Positions 35,015 through 49,100 of a stretch of DNA of 64,000 nt are shown here, one piece after another. Positions within the stretch are counted from its first letter, which is position 1. The number at the start of each line of letters is the position of its first letter. The DNA is taken from NCBI GenBank assembly GCA_047967505.1, contig CM106538.1. The stretch is one strand, 5' to 3'. Source of the stretch: Dipteris shenzhenensis (taxonomy: Eukaryota). Made by a program: the position numbers and the translations under genes. The notes below the pieces were generated by a model. It had not been told where the DNA came from. It was given only the letters and a program-made list of their open reading frames with translations, and did not search any database.

Positions 35015-38000
35015 GTGCTCCTGCGAGCTTCCCCTCCCCTCCGTACCTCTACCTCCCCTAGCCCCTCCTTGCCTCGCCCTCTCCCGCCCCTACCCCTCCG
35101 CCCTCACCTCCCATCACCCGCCGCTGCCACCGCGCCCTCCCTCGCCACACCCGCCCCACCTCCGCCTCACCCCTGCCCTCCGTCCTCACCCCCCCTCGCA
35201 CCTCCGTCTCTCCCCCCCCCTCACCGCAGCCCCCCCGCCCTCACCCCTCACACCCCGCCTCACCCCCGCCTCGCTCCGCCCCCCCTCGCCACGCTCCACC
35301 CCCGCCCCCGCTACCGCTCCGCTCACCCCCGCCCCGCTACCCCTTCCGCTCCACCCCGCTACCCCTTCGCTCCACCCCGCCCCACTACCGTTCCGCTCAC
35401 CCCCCGCCTCCCATTCCGCCCCCTCACCCCTTGCCTTCCGCCCCCGCCCCCTCTCGCCTCTCCGCCCTTCCGTTCCACCCCCGCCTTCCCCTCCCGCCTT
35501 CACCCCCGCCCCCCCGCCCATTCGCTCCACCCCGCCCATTCGCTCCACCCCGCCCCTCCGTCCCACCCTTCCCCCCGCCCCCCGCCCGTCCTCTCGCCCC
35601 ACTCCGCCTCTCCCCCGCCCCCGCTTCCGCTCCCGCCTCCCCACCTCACCCGTTCCCCGCCTCCACTTCTCCACCCCGCGCCACCTCCGTTCCCGCCACA
35701 CCCAGGCTCCACCCTCCCACATCTACCCCCCCCTTTTTTGGGTGGCAGCCTCTTCCTCATCGGAAGCCTCGCAGTTTGTCTTGGCGGTATGGCGGCTCCC
35801 TGCCCGGAACCGGAGGCCCAGACGGTCCCTCCCTCTCCAGATGCCTACTGTGTCATCCTGACAGAGCAACAATCATCTCGGGTTCAGGAGGTTGCCAATG
35901 ACTTTACCCTTACCTCTGTCTATGGCAGAGTGATTGGACATTCCCCCTCCAGATCAGCCATCAGGGACTGGCTCCAGTCGACTCTCATGCTAGAGGACGG
36001 CCATATTGAGGAGGTGGCCCTTATGGGAAGGGGCATCTTCTGGCTTAAACTCTCCAATGCGAAAGCTGCGAGCAACCTGATTGCTGGCTCCCCCACGTCA
36101 GTGGATGGAAAGATTATCATGATAGTCCCGTGTTACCGTGGATTCAGCGCAGCGGATTTTGATGCTCGGTTCCGTATACCTCGCCATCCAGTGACGCTAG
36201 TTTTTCCAGGTCTGGCTGCTGAGCTGCGGCCGATTGTTAGGGACCTGGGCTCCCACTTTGGCTGGGTTATGCACGATACTTTCGCCGATGCGGTGACTAC
36301 GGCAGGAACTCCCTGAGTCCGTGTGGCTGTGGCGGATCCTGCGACTCTCCTGGCAGTGATCGAGATCGTGACAGGTGCCGGCAGCATCACCCAGAGCATG
36401 GTAGTCACCGGACAGCCAGGACAGTGTCTGAGGTGTCACGGCTTTGGGCACCTGGCGGCTGTTTGCCCACGCTTCGCCAGCTCTTCTCGGCCTCCCCCGC
36501 CCCCCCCTCTCCGCCCCCTCCCCCCCCCTCCGGGCAGCCACGCCAGGAGGAGCAGAGGCAACCGGAGCCCGGACCAGAGATAGCTGGCGGCTGGACTGAG
36601 GTTAGAAGGAAAAGAGGAAAGAACAAGAAGATTTCTGATAAAGGCAAGGAGGCAGAGGTTACCCAACCTGCAGCTGCACCTCAGAGACCCGACAGGCAGC
36701 CGCCCCAGGGACATGGGAGAGCATCTTCTTCGACGGTAGCCCGCCCTCCACAGCCTCAGGTCCCCCTCTCTTCCTCTCCCCAGCCTCTTCCCATTCAACC
36801 CCAGCCCATCCCCCAACTGCACCCCATATCTCCCGACCCGCAGCTTCAGCCCCCTCCTCGTCCTCCTCAGTCTTCTCCCCCTCCTCCTCAGCCCCAGCTC
36901 CAGATGCAGCCCCATCCCTCCCCCCCCGGGCCTCTTTCAGCTCTCCCGCAGAGCTAGCTGCACCGACGGTTCCTCAGCCGAGGGCAGCCCCCGCTCCCCC
37001 TCCTCCTCCTCCTCCGCTAGCCGCCCCTGAGGAGTCTGAGCTGCCTATTCCCCAGCCTCCTCCCCCTCCCCCCCCGCTGGCAGGACACCCTGAGTCTACA
37101 CCACCACCGGAGCAGGCTTCTCCGTCCGCTAGCCCCTCAGTGGCAGACTCTGACGGGCCTCAGCTTCAAGAGAGAGAGCTCCCCCGCGACTTTTACAGAT
37201 CTGGCCCCTGGGACTACTTGGATGTGGCCGACCTCGGGACCTTCCCTGCTTGCCTCGACATCAGTATCTTCCTGCTCCGCAAAGGGGCGGATGGGAAGAT
37301 AGCCGCCTTGGCCCCTAGGGATGGCCCTAGCTTTGCTTTCACGTTCCTTAGCGACGGCACCGAGACCTGGACAGACGACTTGGTCTGGGAGGCTCTCAGG
37401 GAGCAGATGCATGCTCAGGTTTGCTCCTGGATAGGCCCGTCCAGTGGGCAGCTTCTCGAGACTCAGTGGTCCGAGGGTGACGTGCGCCTGCGGTGGCGTT
37501 GCGCTGCCAAACGCTTCAGACTGATTGTGATCCTCAGGCCCCCCCTGTCTTGGCCCCTCCCCCAAGATGTCAGAGCCTGGACTCCTCAGAAACTCCGTGC
37601 TTTCTACGGGATGTCCACCTCAGAGATCTCGAGCTGGCTCGACAAAGCTTTCGTTCATGGTACCAAAGGCCTCTCGCCTTTGTTGAAGGTGTTGAAGGAC
37701 GGGCAGGACGACCCCGCTTCCCCCTCCAAACCTTCCCATAAGCGTCAGCGCCTCCACTCCGAAATGTCAGCTTCTTCTTCGACTTCAGACAGTTGTTCGC
37801 AGCCTCCCAGTCCTCACCATGAGCCTACACCTCGTATCCTGGAATGTGAACGGGTTTCACTCTTCTGGCACCTGTGGTCCTAGGAAGCTCATTTTGAGAC
37901 AGGAACTTCAGCCAGCAGTGATTGGTCGTTTGGATGTACTGCTGCTCCAGGAGCACAAGCTTTCTGCGGCTCACTCTCGTAGATGCGGGAAGATTCTCCT

Positions 38001-41000
38001 TGGACGCTCTCACACTTATTAGGAGCCCTCGATCGGCGCACTGGGGAGGAGTGGTGGTGTCTGTACTTCCGTGGGAGAGCAGCTAGCCTAGGGAGTTTTC
38101 GGTCATGGCACGTTGATACCAGGTCGTGCCCTTTGGGTAACTGGAGGGCTCCAGAGTTGGAATCCTCAACATTTACGCTCCCACAGATCTCCGTTGCAGA
38201 GCCACCTTCTGGAGGACACTTACAGGGATTCTCCCAGACATGGATTCCTGGATTGCTAGAGGTGACTTCAACAATCTGGAGACCTTGGAGGACCAGCAGG
38301 GCAGAGGACCGGAGTTTACAGGTATGTCTCAGGCGGAGCAGTCCGCTTGGGACTCTTTTATCTTTGTGACATGAGGAAGGGACTGCTGGCGAGACCCGTC
38401 CTTCCGGCGTTGGCACGGGAGCTTGGACTTCTCGTGGGGCTTACGCAGGGAAGGAGGCAGACTCTTGGAGAGGCTGGATAGATTTTATGTTAGTGATTGG
38501 GCCATCAGCAGAGGCGGTCAGGCCGGTATAGTTCCAGAGACGACACTTTCCGACCATGCGCCTGTGCTCTTATCATTAGATTCGGCAGCTCAGGTCCTTC
38601 CCCCCCGCTCATGCCGGATTCCCGACTCCATTTTCTCGAGGGAGGACGTGCGCAGCAGTATATGCAGTCTTTGGGACAGAGACTGGGGCGAGTGCGTGGA
38701 TCTGGTTGATTCGGTGGCGCAGGCTTTGCAGGAGTCCAGCCAGATCTGCCAGCTCGCAGCCCTACAGGTTCGACAGGAGTGGTGGGGTAGAGAGAGAGCT
38801 CTTCGGAGGGACCTCGCCTCCATTCAGCGACTCCAGCAGGCATCCCCGGGCTCGGAGGAGCTTCGGATCCAGGCCCTTCGAGCCAGAGCCCTTCTTGAGG
38901 AGACACTCCAGCGTCGCTCAGAGTTTTCCTATCACGCCTCTCTCTCCTTCTGGGCTCGGAAGGGTGACCGGATGTGCAGGGAGTTCTTCAGGACGCATGG
39001 CCAGAGAGTTGCAGGTGATCAGCTTCGGAGTCTCAGGACAGCGGAGGGACACATCGTTACGGATCCAGGAGAGGTCTTGGGGTTGGCCACCGACTTCTAC
39101 AGGACCCTTTTCCAGCAGGAGCCGCTTGCTCCTCGTACTCGTCGTGCTCGTGAGGAGGTGTGGAGGCACACTCCTTCCCTGGTCCAGCCTAGCATGCAGG
39201 CGACGTTGTTGGCACCGTTTACCACGGATGAGATGCTGGAGGCCTTGATGGCCATCGATGGACAGAAGTGCCCAGGTGAGGATGGGCTATCCCGGGCATT
39301 CTTCACCTCCTTCTGGGACCAGATCCATCAGCCCCTCCTAGCAGCTCTTCAGAGGATTTTCAGCAGTGGTTATATGCCAGAGAGCCTCTCCTCGGGACTG
39401 ATTTGCCTCATCCCGAAGGGAGGAGATAGACAGGAGATCAGTCAGTGGCGCCCGATCACTCTCCTTACCATTGCCTACAAAATCCTCGCCAAGATGATCA
39501 GCGCCAGAGTTCGGCCTCTACTCCCAGACCTCATTCATGACACTCAGACAGGGTTTGTCCAGGATCGCAGTATCCTGGATAATGTCTTCACCTTTTCAGA
39601 GGCGGTGGAGTGGGCTCAGCACAGCGGATCACACCTTGCCATCCTACTTCTCGACTTTGAGAAGGCCTACGATCGAGTGGACTGGTCCTTTCTGGAGGGG
39701 ACTCTGGAGCGGCTAGGTTTCCCAGCAGGTTGGATTCAGGGTATTTCAGCTTTGTACAGGAGAGCTTCTAGCAGAGTCATCATTGGAGGCAGGATGGGTG
39801 AGCGTTTTAGTTTGGAGAGATCAGTGCATCAGGGCTGCCCCCTTGCTCCTTACCTGTTTCTCTTCTTCGCTGAGGCTATGACTTACTACCTTCGGGCGAG
39901 GTCTACAGGGATCAGGGGTGTTCGCCTTCCCCTCCGAGAGGACACGGAGCTCTTGGACTCGGAGTACGCGGATGACACAGCCCTGTATGTCCAGGACGAT
40001 GAGTTGATGTTGGAGAGGGTGAGGATGGCCCTGGAGGTCTTCTGTTCGGCTGCTGGTGCGAAAATCAACTGGAACAAATCAGTTGGTTTTCTCACAGACC
40101 CCGGGGCGCGTTCTCAGTGGGGGAGGTTTTTGGGTTTCAGGTGGATCCCACGGGGACAGACAGCTAGATACCTGGGTTTTCAGGTCGGCCTGGACATCAC
40201 GCCAGCTCAGCAGTTTCTCCCGGTGCTAGATTCCATCCGACAGAAGCTGGCTTTTTGGAGCACTGCTAAGCTTTCCCTTGCAGGTCGTGCCTTGGTAGTC
40301 AACCAAGTCCTCCTTGCCACGGCTTGGTATGTGGCTTCCTGTTGGTGTTTCTCGAGATCCAGCGTGGCACAGCTTAGGAGGCTGGTTCGGAACTTCCTTT
40401 GGTCCGGGGAGGATGGCCTCAGAGATACCAGAGCCAGGGTTGCTTGGCAGACAGTCATTCTTCCGCAGGCTGAGGGAGGCCCGGGGGTCATCGATCCAGA
40501 GCTTCAGAGTCAGGCCTTGTTAGGCAAGTTAGTCATCCGCGGTTTGACCCCGGGGGGGCAGACGTGGAAGATGCTACTTCAGTAGTGGGTCGGTTCTTGT
40601 GTTCCGCGCCGAGGTGGAGAGTGGCTCCCGTCCCTCAGGTGGATCTTCACTTTCGCCCCGCTCACTCAGCCCCGTTCCCCACTCGTTCGTAGCCTCCTCA
40701 TGGTTTGGAGGCGGCTCCGCCTCAGTCTCATTCAGTCCCCTCCCCGCTGTTAGGAGGAGATCGATCGCCGGCCGCTTATTTGAAATGATCAGGTCAGAGA
40801 TGCCGAGGGCCTTCAGTTGGGGGAGAGATCACATATCAGGTGGGATAGCTGGATGAGGGGGCCGGCCCGGTCCCTTCGAGTTTGGAGGGACACGTACAGA
40901 CATTTGGAGACGGCTGATCTCGCAGACGCAGCTGGAGGTGCACGTGGAGCCCAGGCGAGACGCACGGAGATCGACGGCGCGATCCCAGCTGATTGGTTGG

Positions 41001-41862
41001 TTCCACCTGAGCCTCAGATCCTCATGCCTGGTGACGACCGTTGGCTGGGACAGTTCACCCCCCGTGGCATCCCACTGGTGGTCGCAGGACGTATGGACGA
41101 CTCCTCTATCTCCTTCGCGGTTATGGGGGATGGACGACTCAGGAGAGAGGATGCGCTCATCGACCCCCTACTCCCATGGCAGAGGGTTCGGGTCGTAGGC
41201 CTTTTGGGGAAGGTCTGGCGTACCGATCCTAGCATTGAGCAGGATCAGATGCAGCTTTGGCGACTCTGGCTCTGGGAGGGGCGGGCCTTGTCAGAGCTTG
41301 ATTGGGACCCAGGAGAGTGGAGTTGGCCAGAGATTGTGACAGGACAGGGGCTGACCTCCTTCTTTGCCTACAGCACGACTTTGGGCAGGCGAGTTCTTGG
41401 GAGGATGTAGAGCCGCCCCCCCACCCAACGGCCCAGTTGGTATGTACAGGGTATTTCCAGATTCTTTTTGCAGGCCTTCTGGAAGGCCTTGTGGGAGAGC
41501 TGGCGGCCACGGAAGATCTCCTACTTCCTGTGGCTTCTTGCCCACAAAGGTCTTCCGGTGGGGAGCTGGTTGCGACAGATAGGCCAGGACGGACGCTGTC
41601 AGATCTGCCATGAGGATGAGGAGTCACCAAAACACTGCCTGTGGAGCTGCACTCGTGCCCAGGAAGTGTGGAGGTGGACTTTCGGGATTCTCACTCGCGC
41701 AGCACCGGAGCTAGGTTTGATCACTTGGGGCGCGTTCTGTTGGTGCAGCACCGCACCTAGTCTACATCACTTATTCGAGGCATGCCAGCAGGACCCCACT
41801 TTCCTTATCACACAGGGAACGTGGGGGCCGCTCGAGGGTATCCCGCAGCACCTAGCAGAGGC
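35015..41862 (+). mobile_element. Near-full-length decayed L1-clade LINE, 3' end truncated
   Basis: C-rich 5' region; ORF1 from ~35789 with CLRCHGFGHLAAVC; ORF2 from 37819 with endonuclease (SWNVNG, LQEHK, GDFN, RLDRF, SDH), RT (WRPITLL, DFEKAYDRV, QGCPLAP, YADD) and zf-RVT (CQICHEDEESPKHCLWSC). Confidence 0.92.
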
Positions 41863-42587
41863 TGATACAGGCTGCCCACAGCCCAAGATAAAGGGCTGGT
41901 GGGGGGTTTTATGGCAGGCAAGTCAGCCATATAGGGCATGGAAGAAAGGCCATAAAGGCCTAGTTTTGTGCGCCAAAGGGGCCAAACCTAGTTGGCTGTA
42001 GGGCCAGACTGATCAGCTAAAATGGGGCTGGCCAGTCGGCTATTATGGGGCCGTTAGAGGCCTATAAAAGGAGCCCGAATCTGGGCATTCATTCATCCAG
42101 TAGGTGAAGCAACTCAGCAGCAGATTGCAGCAGGAGGAGGCCAGCCAGACAGGCTTTCATAAGCCCCAGGAAGGTGTCCAGGACCTGCAGACAAAGAGCT
42201 TGGAAGAGGCTTCACCCTTGGCTGTCATCTTGGACAGCAAGGTGCAAGGATCACGGACGGAGAGTCTACATATGCTCGAGGTGGAGCACGCAGGATCAAG
42301 TCTAGAGATATCCGGCAGATAGTAAAGTACGTGGTGGTAAGATCAAAGGACCACGCTTTGGCAGGACTTCGGATCTCTCTCTCTTTGTATTGTGTGTTTT
42401 GGACGGAAAATATTTTCTTTCGGTAGCTTCTATATCTGGCTAGATCATTGTCTATTGATGAGTCTGCACAACTATTGGAAGCACATAAGTTTAAGAAGTT
42501 TGTGATTCCACTCCCCACACACACTGTGTGAGCTTCTGGGCTATTCTATCAGTCTTTCCCTTACCTTGAAATAAGGGATACAAAACA
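41863..42587 (+). mobile_element. LTR fragment related to the 51179-52353 LTR family
   Basis: Shares GGCCTATAAAAGGAG, GTGGAGCACGC..TCTAGAGATA, TTTTGGACGGAAA and AAGAAGTTTGTGATTCCAC; boundaries approximate; no TSD. Confidence 0.65.
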
Positions 42588-43195
42588 AAGGGTGGAGTCT
42601 CCAAAGGTGAATGGTATTTTGTCCACCAAGAGGCTGTAATTGTCTTGAACGCCTCCTCCCTCCAACCATGCAAAGCATCTAAAGGTTGGATTGTCTCGAT
42701 CATCCTATCAAACCCTTGATACACCTCCCTAATACAGGGTTATTCCCATCAAGAAGCCTCAATATAATGAAAATAGGCTTTGTGATGCAAAGCAAAAGGC
42801 CAACATAGAGTGCCATTCAAAACAATGGATTTAAGTCTTTGAGCCGTCGTAGAGTTACGTTTGTGCCATGCATTCTACTCAGAAGAAACAATAAGGCTCA
42901 AGCTGCCTCAAATAAGTTTAAGCTTAAAAAGTGGCTTCAATATGTTAGAAATTATAGGCAAAGCGCTTGCCAGAATACTTCAGGAGCTGCAGCCCATGGC
43001 ATGGCTGCTTATCTGTCATCTTTAAGGCACACTTCTAACAAAGGGATGGCTATTCGATACACGATGCCGATAGCTGTATCGGTGACCAATTGGCGGAGAT
43101 TTGAGAGGCTTATGGGGTCCAGGATGATTTGCAGTAAGCCCTCGGTTCCTCATCAGATCATACAAGCAGAATTCGCTATGACACCACTCCAGATT

Positions 43196-46100
43196 TGTCA
43201 CAGGCATCCACAAGCCCGTGGCCGGTGCCAACGCAGGCAGCCAAGTCAGTTGCCACATAGGCATCCATACAGCCATGCAGGTAGCCTTGCGCAGTCAGCA
43301 ATCAGCACATAGTCAACAGACAGTCAACACCACATCATCGCAGGTCAATAAACATAGAGTTGACTTTTTGTTCAAAACTCAATGAGTTGACTTTTTGGTC
43401 AACGTTGGCTTTTCAACCAACCTGCCATTGACCAGCTGAATAGGGTCAACGATCGGTGTTGACCGGGTCAGCCAGGCTGACCTAACAGCCTATAAAGGGG
43501 CAGCCTTTGGCCCTCATTCTGCATCCCATGGTTGGGCACTTCTGCCCTCAAAATAGCAGCACCAAGGCCTCCCCGCAGCAGACCAGCAGGGTAGCCTCAG
43601 CCTCTTCAGGGATTTAGTGAGGATCCACCTCCTCTAGATAGTCTAGTCTTTCCAGTTTGTGCAGTGAGGGTTTCAGCCTCTTCATACAGTCGTATTCAGC
43701 CCTTTGGGCATTCATTATTCAGTTGTATCTATTTCCTCTTCGTAGGTCCACTACATTCTGATTTGCTCACTCACATCCACATCATCACTTTGTTTATTGG
43801 GTGTAGTATTGAGCAGGAGAGAGAGTGAGGATAGTCTATCTCCCGCTACAGTGGTATTAGAGCTTCAGTTTTGTTTCTTGAGATAGGGAGGGTTAGTTTA
43901 GGGGCAGCTCTGTTGTTTGTTGGTCCATACAAGATCCGGCAAGGACACCATGAGCACCAGTGAGCAGTCCAACATAGGCGGGGATGAGGGTTCAATGCCT
44001 CAACCACCAGCACCACCCCCCGCCACAGAATCCTGCAGACACTTCTATGTCTGCCCCATGACAACCATGTTGTAGGCTATGATGCAGATGCAGCAGCAAT
44101 AGTCTGAGGCTCTCTTCACCCGCATGACCCAACTTTAGGAGATACGGGAAGATTGTGAGCAGGCCGCAAGAGAGTGCAAAAGAATCGTCTGAGAGGCAAT
44201 AGAAGAACACGATCGGGAGGCTAGGGAAGCAAAAGAAGAACGCGATCGGGAAGCTCGGGAAGCAAAAGACGAATGCGATAGAGAGGCTTGAGAAGCCAAG
44301 GAGCTCCGAGAATGTACCGCTCGAGAAGAGGGGGAAGAACGGGACGGACAGCTTCTTATTTCTCTACTCAAGAAACGGAGAGACTTCCCCCTCCAGCCAA
44401 GCCTTCCTTTTCGGGGAAGTTGAACTTCACACGGAACGATGGTAAGCAGATAGAGAGCAACATGCAGGTAGCTTCAGCCACTCTGAAGGTCTCTAGGTGG
44501 GTACACAGTCGGCCACTCAGGGTTGCAGCTACTCAAGTCGCGGATGTCATCTTGGGAGCACTTGTTAGATATCAATGCTCCACTCTGGTGTAACTACGCG
44601 GGAACCAGCTAACTCTTCTTGTAAGCCCCCCATATGAGGAGAAGGCATTTGAGTAGCTCGGTTATCCGGTAGGTCCTGGTTTGGACAGAGATGGGGGCCA
44701 TGTGTGGCCTGATGGCTGGACGGCTTTAGATAGAGTTGGCACACCGCCAACTAGGCTACATGCAAGTGCGGGAAGGCATCCCTTTTTGACTGACCGCACT
44801 AAGGGTAGACGGAGCATTTCTCGGGGCAGCCCACTCTCGGGTTGCGGGGCCCGTTTGGAGCCTCAAATGATCTCGGATGGATGTGGGCCGAACGGAAACC
44901 GTAGGTCAGTTGCTGTGTTTTGCGCATTGGTTCTATCGTATGGTCGGTGGCCTATTTCAGGACCGACCCCCAGTCGACCGTTTTGGGTGGACTGAGTCGG
45001 CCACCCAATTGAGCCTAACCGACCACGACTGGTGGCTATATAAGAGCAAGCTCGTGAAGCCCATTTCATCACTGGCTACAGCAACCTTGATTCCTTAGCA
45101 TTCAGCCTCCGTCTTCTACTGCTTCTTTCACAGGAGCGCACGGCTGGGAGGCAGTGCCATCTATTGTATCAATTCTACAGTAATCAAAATTTTGATTCTC
45201 CATACTATCTTGTTTTCTCTCTTGCGTACGAGATCCTATTATCTGTTGAGCACAGACGTTGTATTATTTTCTTACATGGTATCAGAGCCTGGACTCTAGC
45301 AAGAAGATTTGGTAGTGTGTTTCTGTTTGCGAGGAGATTGTGAGAGATGGCCCAGCCCGCAAGAGTGCGAATCCCACCGTTCAGCGAAAGCGGAAAGTTG
45401 GACGGCTCTAACTATCCTCTCTGGAAGTTCAAGATGAAGACCATCCTAAGCGCATATGAGCTTTGGGACACTGCTACTGGGGTGGACGTGAGGTCGGTTC
45501 CGAGACCGAATCCAGCCAATGTAGGACAACAGATAGTACCAACTGCGGATGAGATTCTCGCGTGGACAATAAGAAATGCAGATGCGCTGTGTTCTATTGT
45601 CTGCAGTGTTAGTGATTTCGTCATGGCGTTAATTCAACATGTCACCACAGCGGAGGAGGCATGGAGTCTTGAAAAATCAGTACGAGACCACGATTCAGAC
45701 GCGGATTCAGAATCTGGAGACTCAACTCGCGAATGAAAAGTTGTCTGAGTCTGAAGCGGCAGAGAAGTTCATCACCAGGGTGAAGAATCTGCGCGATCAG
45801 ATGATTGCGATTGGCATCACCATCACTAGCGAGAATCTAGCACGAAGGTGCATACGGATTCTCCCACCAAAGTACGACGGTCTTGTTACGGCGTTGAATA
45901 CGCTGAACATAAATCCGCCCCTCAACTTTGAGGATTTCAGCGCGATGCTTCTGGAGGAGGAGATGCGTCAAAAGACGAGGACTGGAGAAGATTCGGCTTT
46001 CTGGATTGGATCAAACAAAGGTAAGGGTAAGGACTCTTATAACCCATCTTCTTCTGATGATAAAAAGAGAAAGAAGATCAAGTGCTTCTATTGCAACAAG

Positions 46101-49100
46101 GCAGGGCACAAGCAGAATGAGTGCCGCAAGAAGATTGCAGATGAGAAGAACGAAGTGAAGAAAGAGTCCAGCAACAGTGCGCAGGCAGTACCCATAGAGC
46201 TGTTCGTCGCAATTGAGGAGATTTGCACGGAGGCAGTTCATGTATGAACCTTGGATCATTGACAGTGGTGTACCGCGTCACATGACCAGTCGGAAGGATT
46301 GGTATACCTCTCTATAGCTGGTAGGGAATGACATCATGGTAGCAGTCGGCAATGATGCAAACTGTCCAGCAAAAGGAAAAGGTACGATTGCTCTCAAGTC
46401 AGATGGAGTTGTAAAACAGTTGTCCGATGTTCTTTATGTGCCAGATATCAAGAGGAACTTGTTGTCCGTTTTTGCGATCACGGATCGGGACCTCAAAGTT
46501 CAATTCGATAAGAATGGTGCAGAGATCCTGGATCTTTAAGGAAAGGTTGTTGGTAAAGATATACGGTGCAACAACATTTACGAACTCTAAGCTTTCAGTG
46601 CTCGAGCGGATGTGAAGAACACTAAGCTGTGGCATGAGAGGTTTGGTAATCTAAACCTTAGTTCTTTGAAGGAGATGCATAAAAGTGGAATGATTGCAGA
46701 CCTACCAGAAATTTCAGATCTGCGCGATGTATGTGAAGCTTGCATGATGGGCAAGAAGCATCGGCAGCCCTTTCCTAAAGAGGCCAGCAGAGCAAAGGCT
46801 CCTCTAGAGCTTGTTCACACGGACCTCTGCGGAAAGATGGAGACGGAAGCTTTGGGTGGTTTCTTCTACTTCACGACGCTGATTGACGACTACAGTAGAA
46901 GGATATGGATATACTTCTTGAAGATAAAAGACGAGGCTTTCAGTAGGTTCAAGGAATGGCATGTAATGGTTGAGAAAGAATCAGGGAGGAAGGTGAAGAA
47001 GCTGAGATCAGACAGAGGTGGAGAGTTCACATCGACTGAATTCGAAAGTTACTGCAAAAGTCACGGAATCAAGAGGCAGAAATTCCCGCCACATACATCA
47101 CAGCAAAATGGAGTAGCAGAACGCAAGATGCGCGTCATCTGCGAAATGGGCCGGAGTATGATAAAAGAGAAAGATTTGCCAAAGACTTTCTAGGTTGAAG
47201 CATGTAACACTGCAGTTTACATCCTCAATCGTAGCTACACGAAGGCTGTGAACGGGATGACTCCACTGCAAGCCTTTTCTGGTAAGAAACCTTCAGCTGC
47301 ACATTTCAGAGTTTTTGGATGTGACTGTTTTGTGCATGTCCCTGATGCTACCAGGATCAAATGGGAACCGAAGAGCCGGAAGTGTATTTTCTTGGGCTAC
47401 AGTGAAGAGACGAAGGGTTACCGTCTCTATAACCCTGTTACCAAGAAGGTAATTGTAAGTCGTGATGTGGTCTTCTCATAACAACTACATCAATTGGAGG
47501 AGGATGCTTCCTTCCCAGACAACCAGGACCAGGATATCCATCCAGTACTGCCACCAACAGCAGACCGAACTCCCCCAACGGTGCTTGGGAGGATTCAAGA
47601 CAAAGAAGATGAAGAAGAGTCTACAGAACCACAACGGCAACGACCATTCTCGAAGTGGGTAAAGCAGCTTTTGGACGGCAGAGAACCTCCAGCAATTAAG
47701 GAGGAACCATCCGAACACCGCCGGTCCAAGAGATTAGAGGAGCAAAGGACGCATGAACACTTGGTCAACTATGCTTTGATGATAGAAGTGATCCGCGCTG
47801 ATGAACCCAAGTGTCTTGAAGAGGCACAAGGCAATGATAGGTGGATGGAGGCTATGCAGTCGGAGTATGGCTCCATAATGAAGAACAACACTTGGGACCT
47901 TGTGGATCGATCACCAAAGCGTAAGGTAATCGGAACCAAGTGGGTGTACAAGATCAAGTACAAGTCCGATAGCACGTTGGATAAGTACAAGGCTCGGCTC
48001 GTGGCAAAAGGATTTGCATAGGTACATGGTTTTGATTATCAAGATACTTTTGCTCCCACAGCTCGACTAACCACAATTCGTAGTGTTTTGGCTTTAGCTG
48101 CCCAGGGAAGTTGGCCCGTGTTTCAGATGGATGTGAAATCCGCCTTTTTGAATGGAGATCTCAAGGAGGAGGTATACGTGGAACAACCACCAGGTTTTGA
48201 GATCCCCGGTTCAGAAGGTAAAGTCTGCAAACTAAAGAAGGCACTTTACGGGCTGAAACAGGTCCCACGAGTGTGGTACCGGTGAATTGATGCCTACTTT
48301 TTGCAAAACGGGTTCAGGAGGAGCCCATCTGATGCAAATTTGTATATCTTTAGAGAAGGAGGCAGGTGTATGATTGTGGTCCTTTATGTGGATGACCTTG
48401 TCATAACAAGGAACCATGAAGAGAAGATCTTGCAGACGAAGCATATGCTAGGAAGAGAGTTTGAAATGACAGATCTCGGATTGATGCATTTCTGTTTGGG
48501 GATTGAAGTTTGGTAGGAGCCGAAACAGATCTTCATTTCACAGCTGAAATATGCTGGAGAGATACTGAAAGCATTTGGCATGGCTGAGTGCAAAACAGTT
48601 GGTATCCCTATGGAGGTTGACGCGAAGCTCTCAAACGAGAATTCATCACCACTGGTGGACGAAGCGAAATACAGAAGGCTTGTGGATAGCTTGATCTACC
48701 TGTGCAACACACGGCCGAACATCAGTTTTGCGACTGGTGTACTAAGCAGGTTTTCCAATAAGCCTCGGGAGAACCATTGGAGGGTAGGGATTCAGGTGCT
48801 GAAATACATCAAAGGCACACTTGATTATGGTATCACCTATACCAAGGGCAACATCTTGACCGGATTCTGTGACTCGGATTGGGCAGGAGACGTGGATAGC
48901 AGGAGATCAGTGACAGGGTACTGTTTCTCACTTGGATCTGGTGTTGTGTCATGGGTCAGCAAGAAGCAACCCACAGTTGCTCTTTCTTCTACTGAGGCCG
49001 AGTACAAATCTGCATGCTTTGCTTCTTGCGAGACAGTGTGGTTGAGGAGGATTTTAGGAGACATGGGTGCAGTGCAGAACAAGCCTACAGAACAAGCCTA

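Noticed and set aside
35015-35760. Extensin-like proline-rich protein
   Set aside because: C-rich 5' region of the LINE, open in multiple frames.
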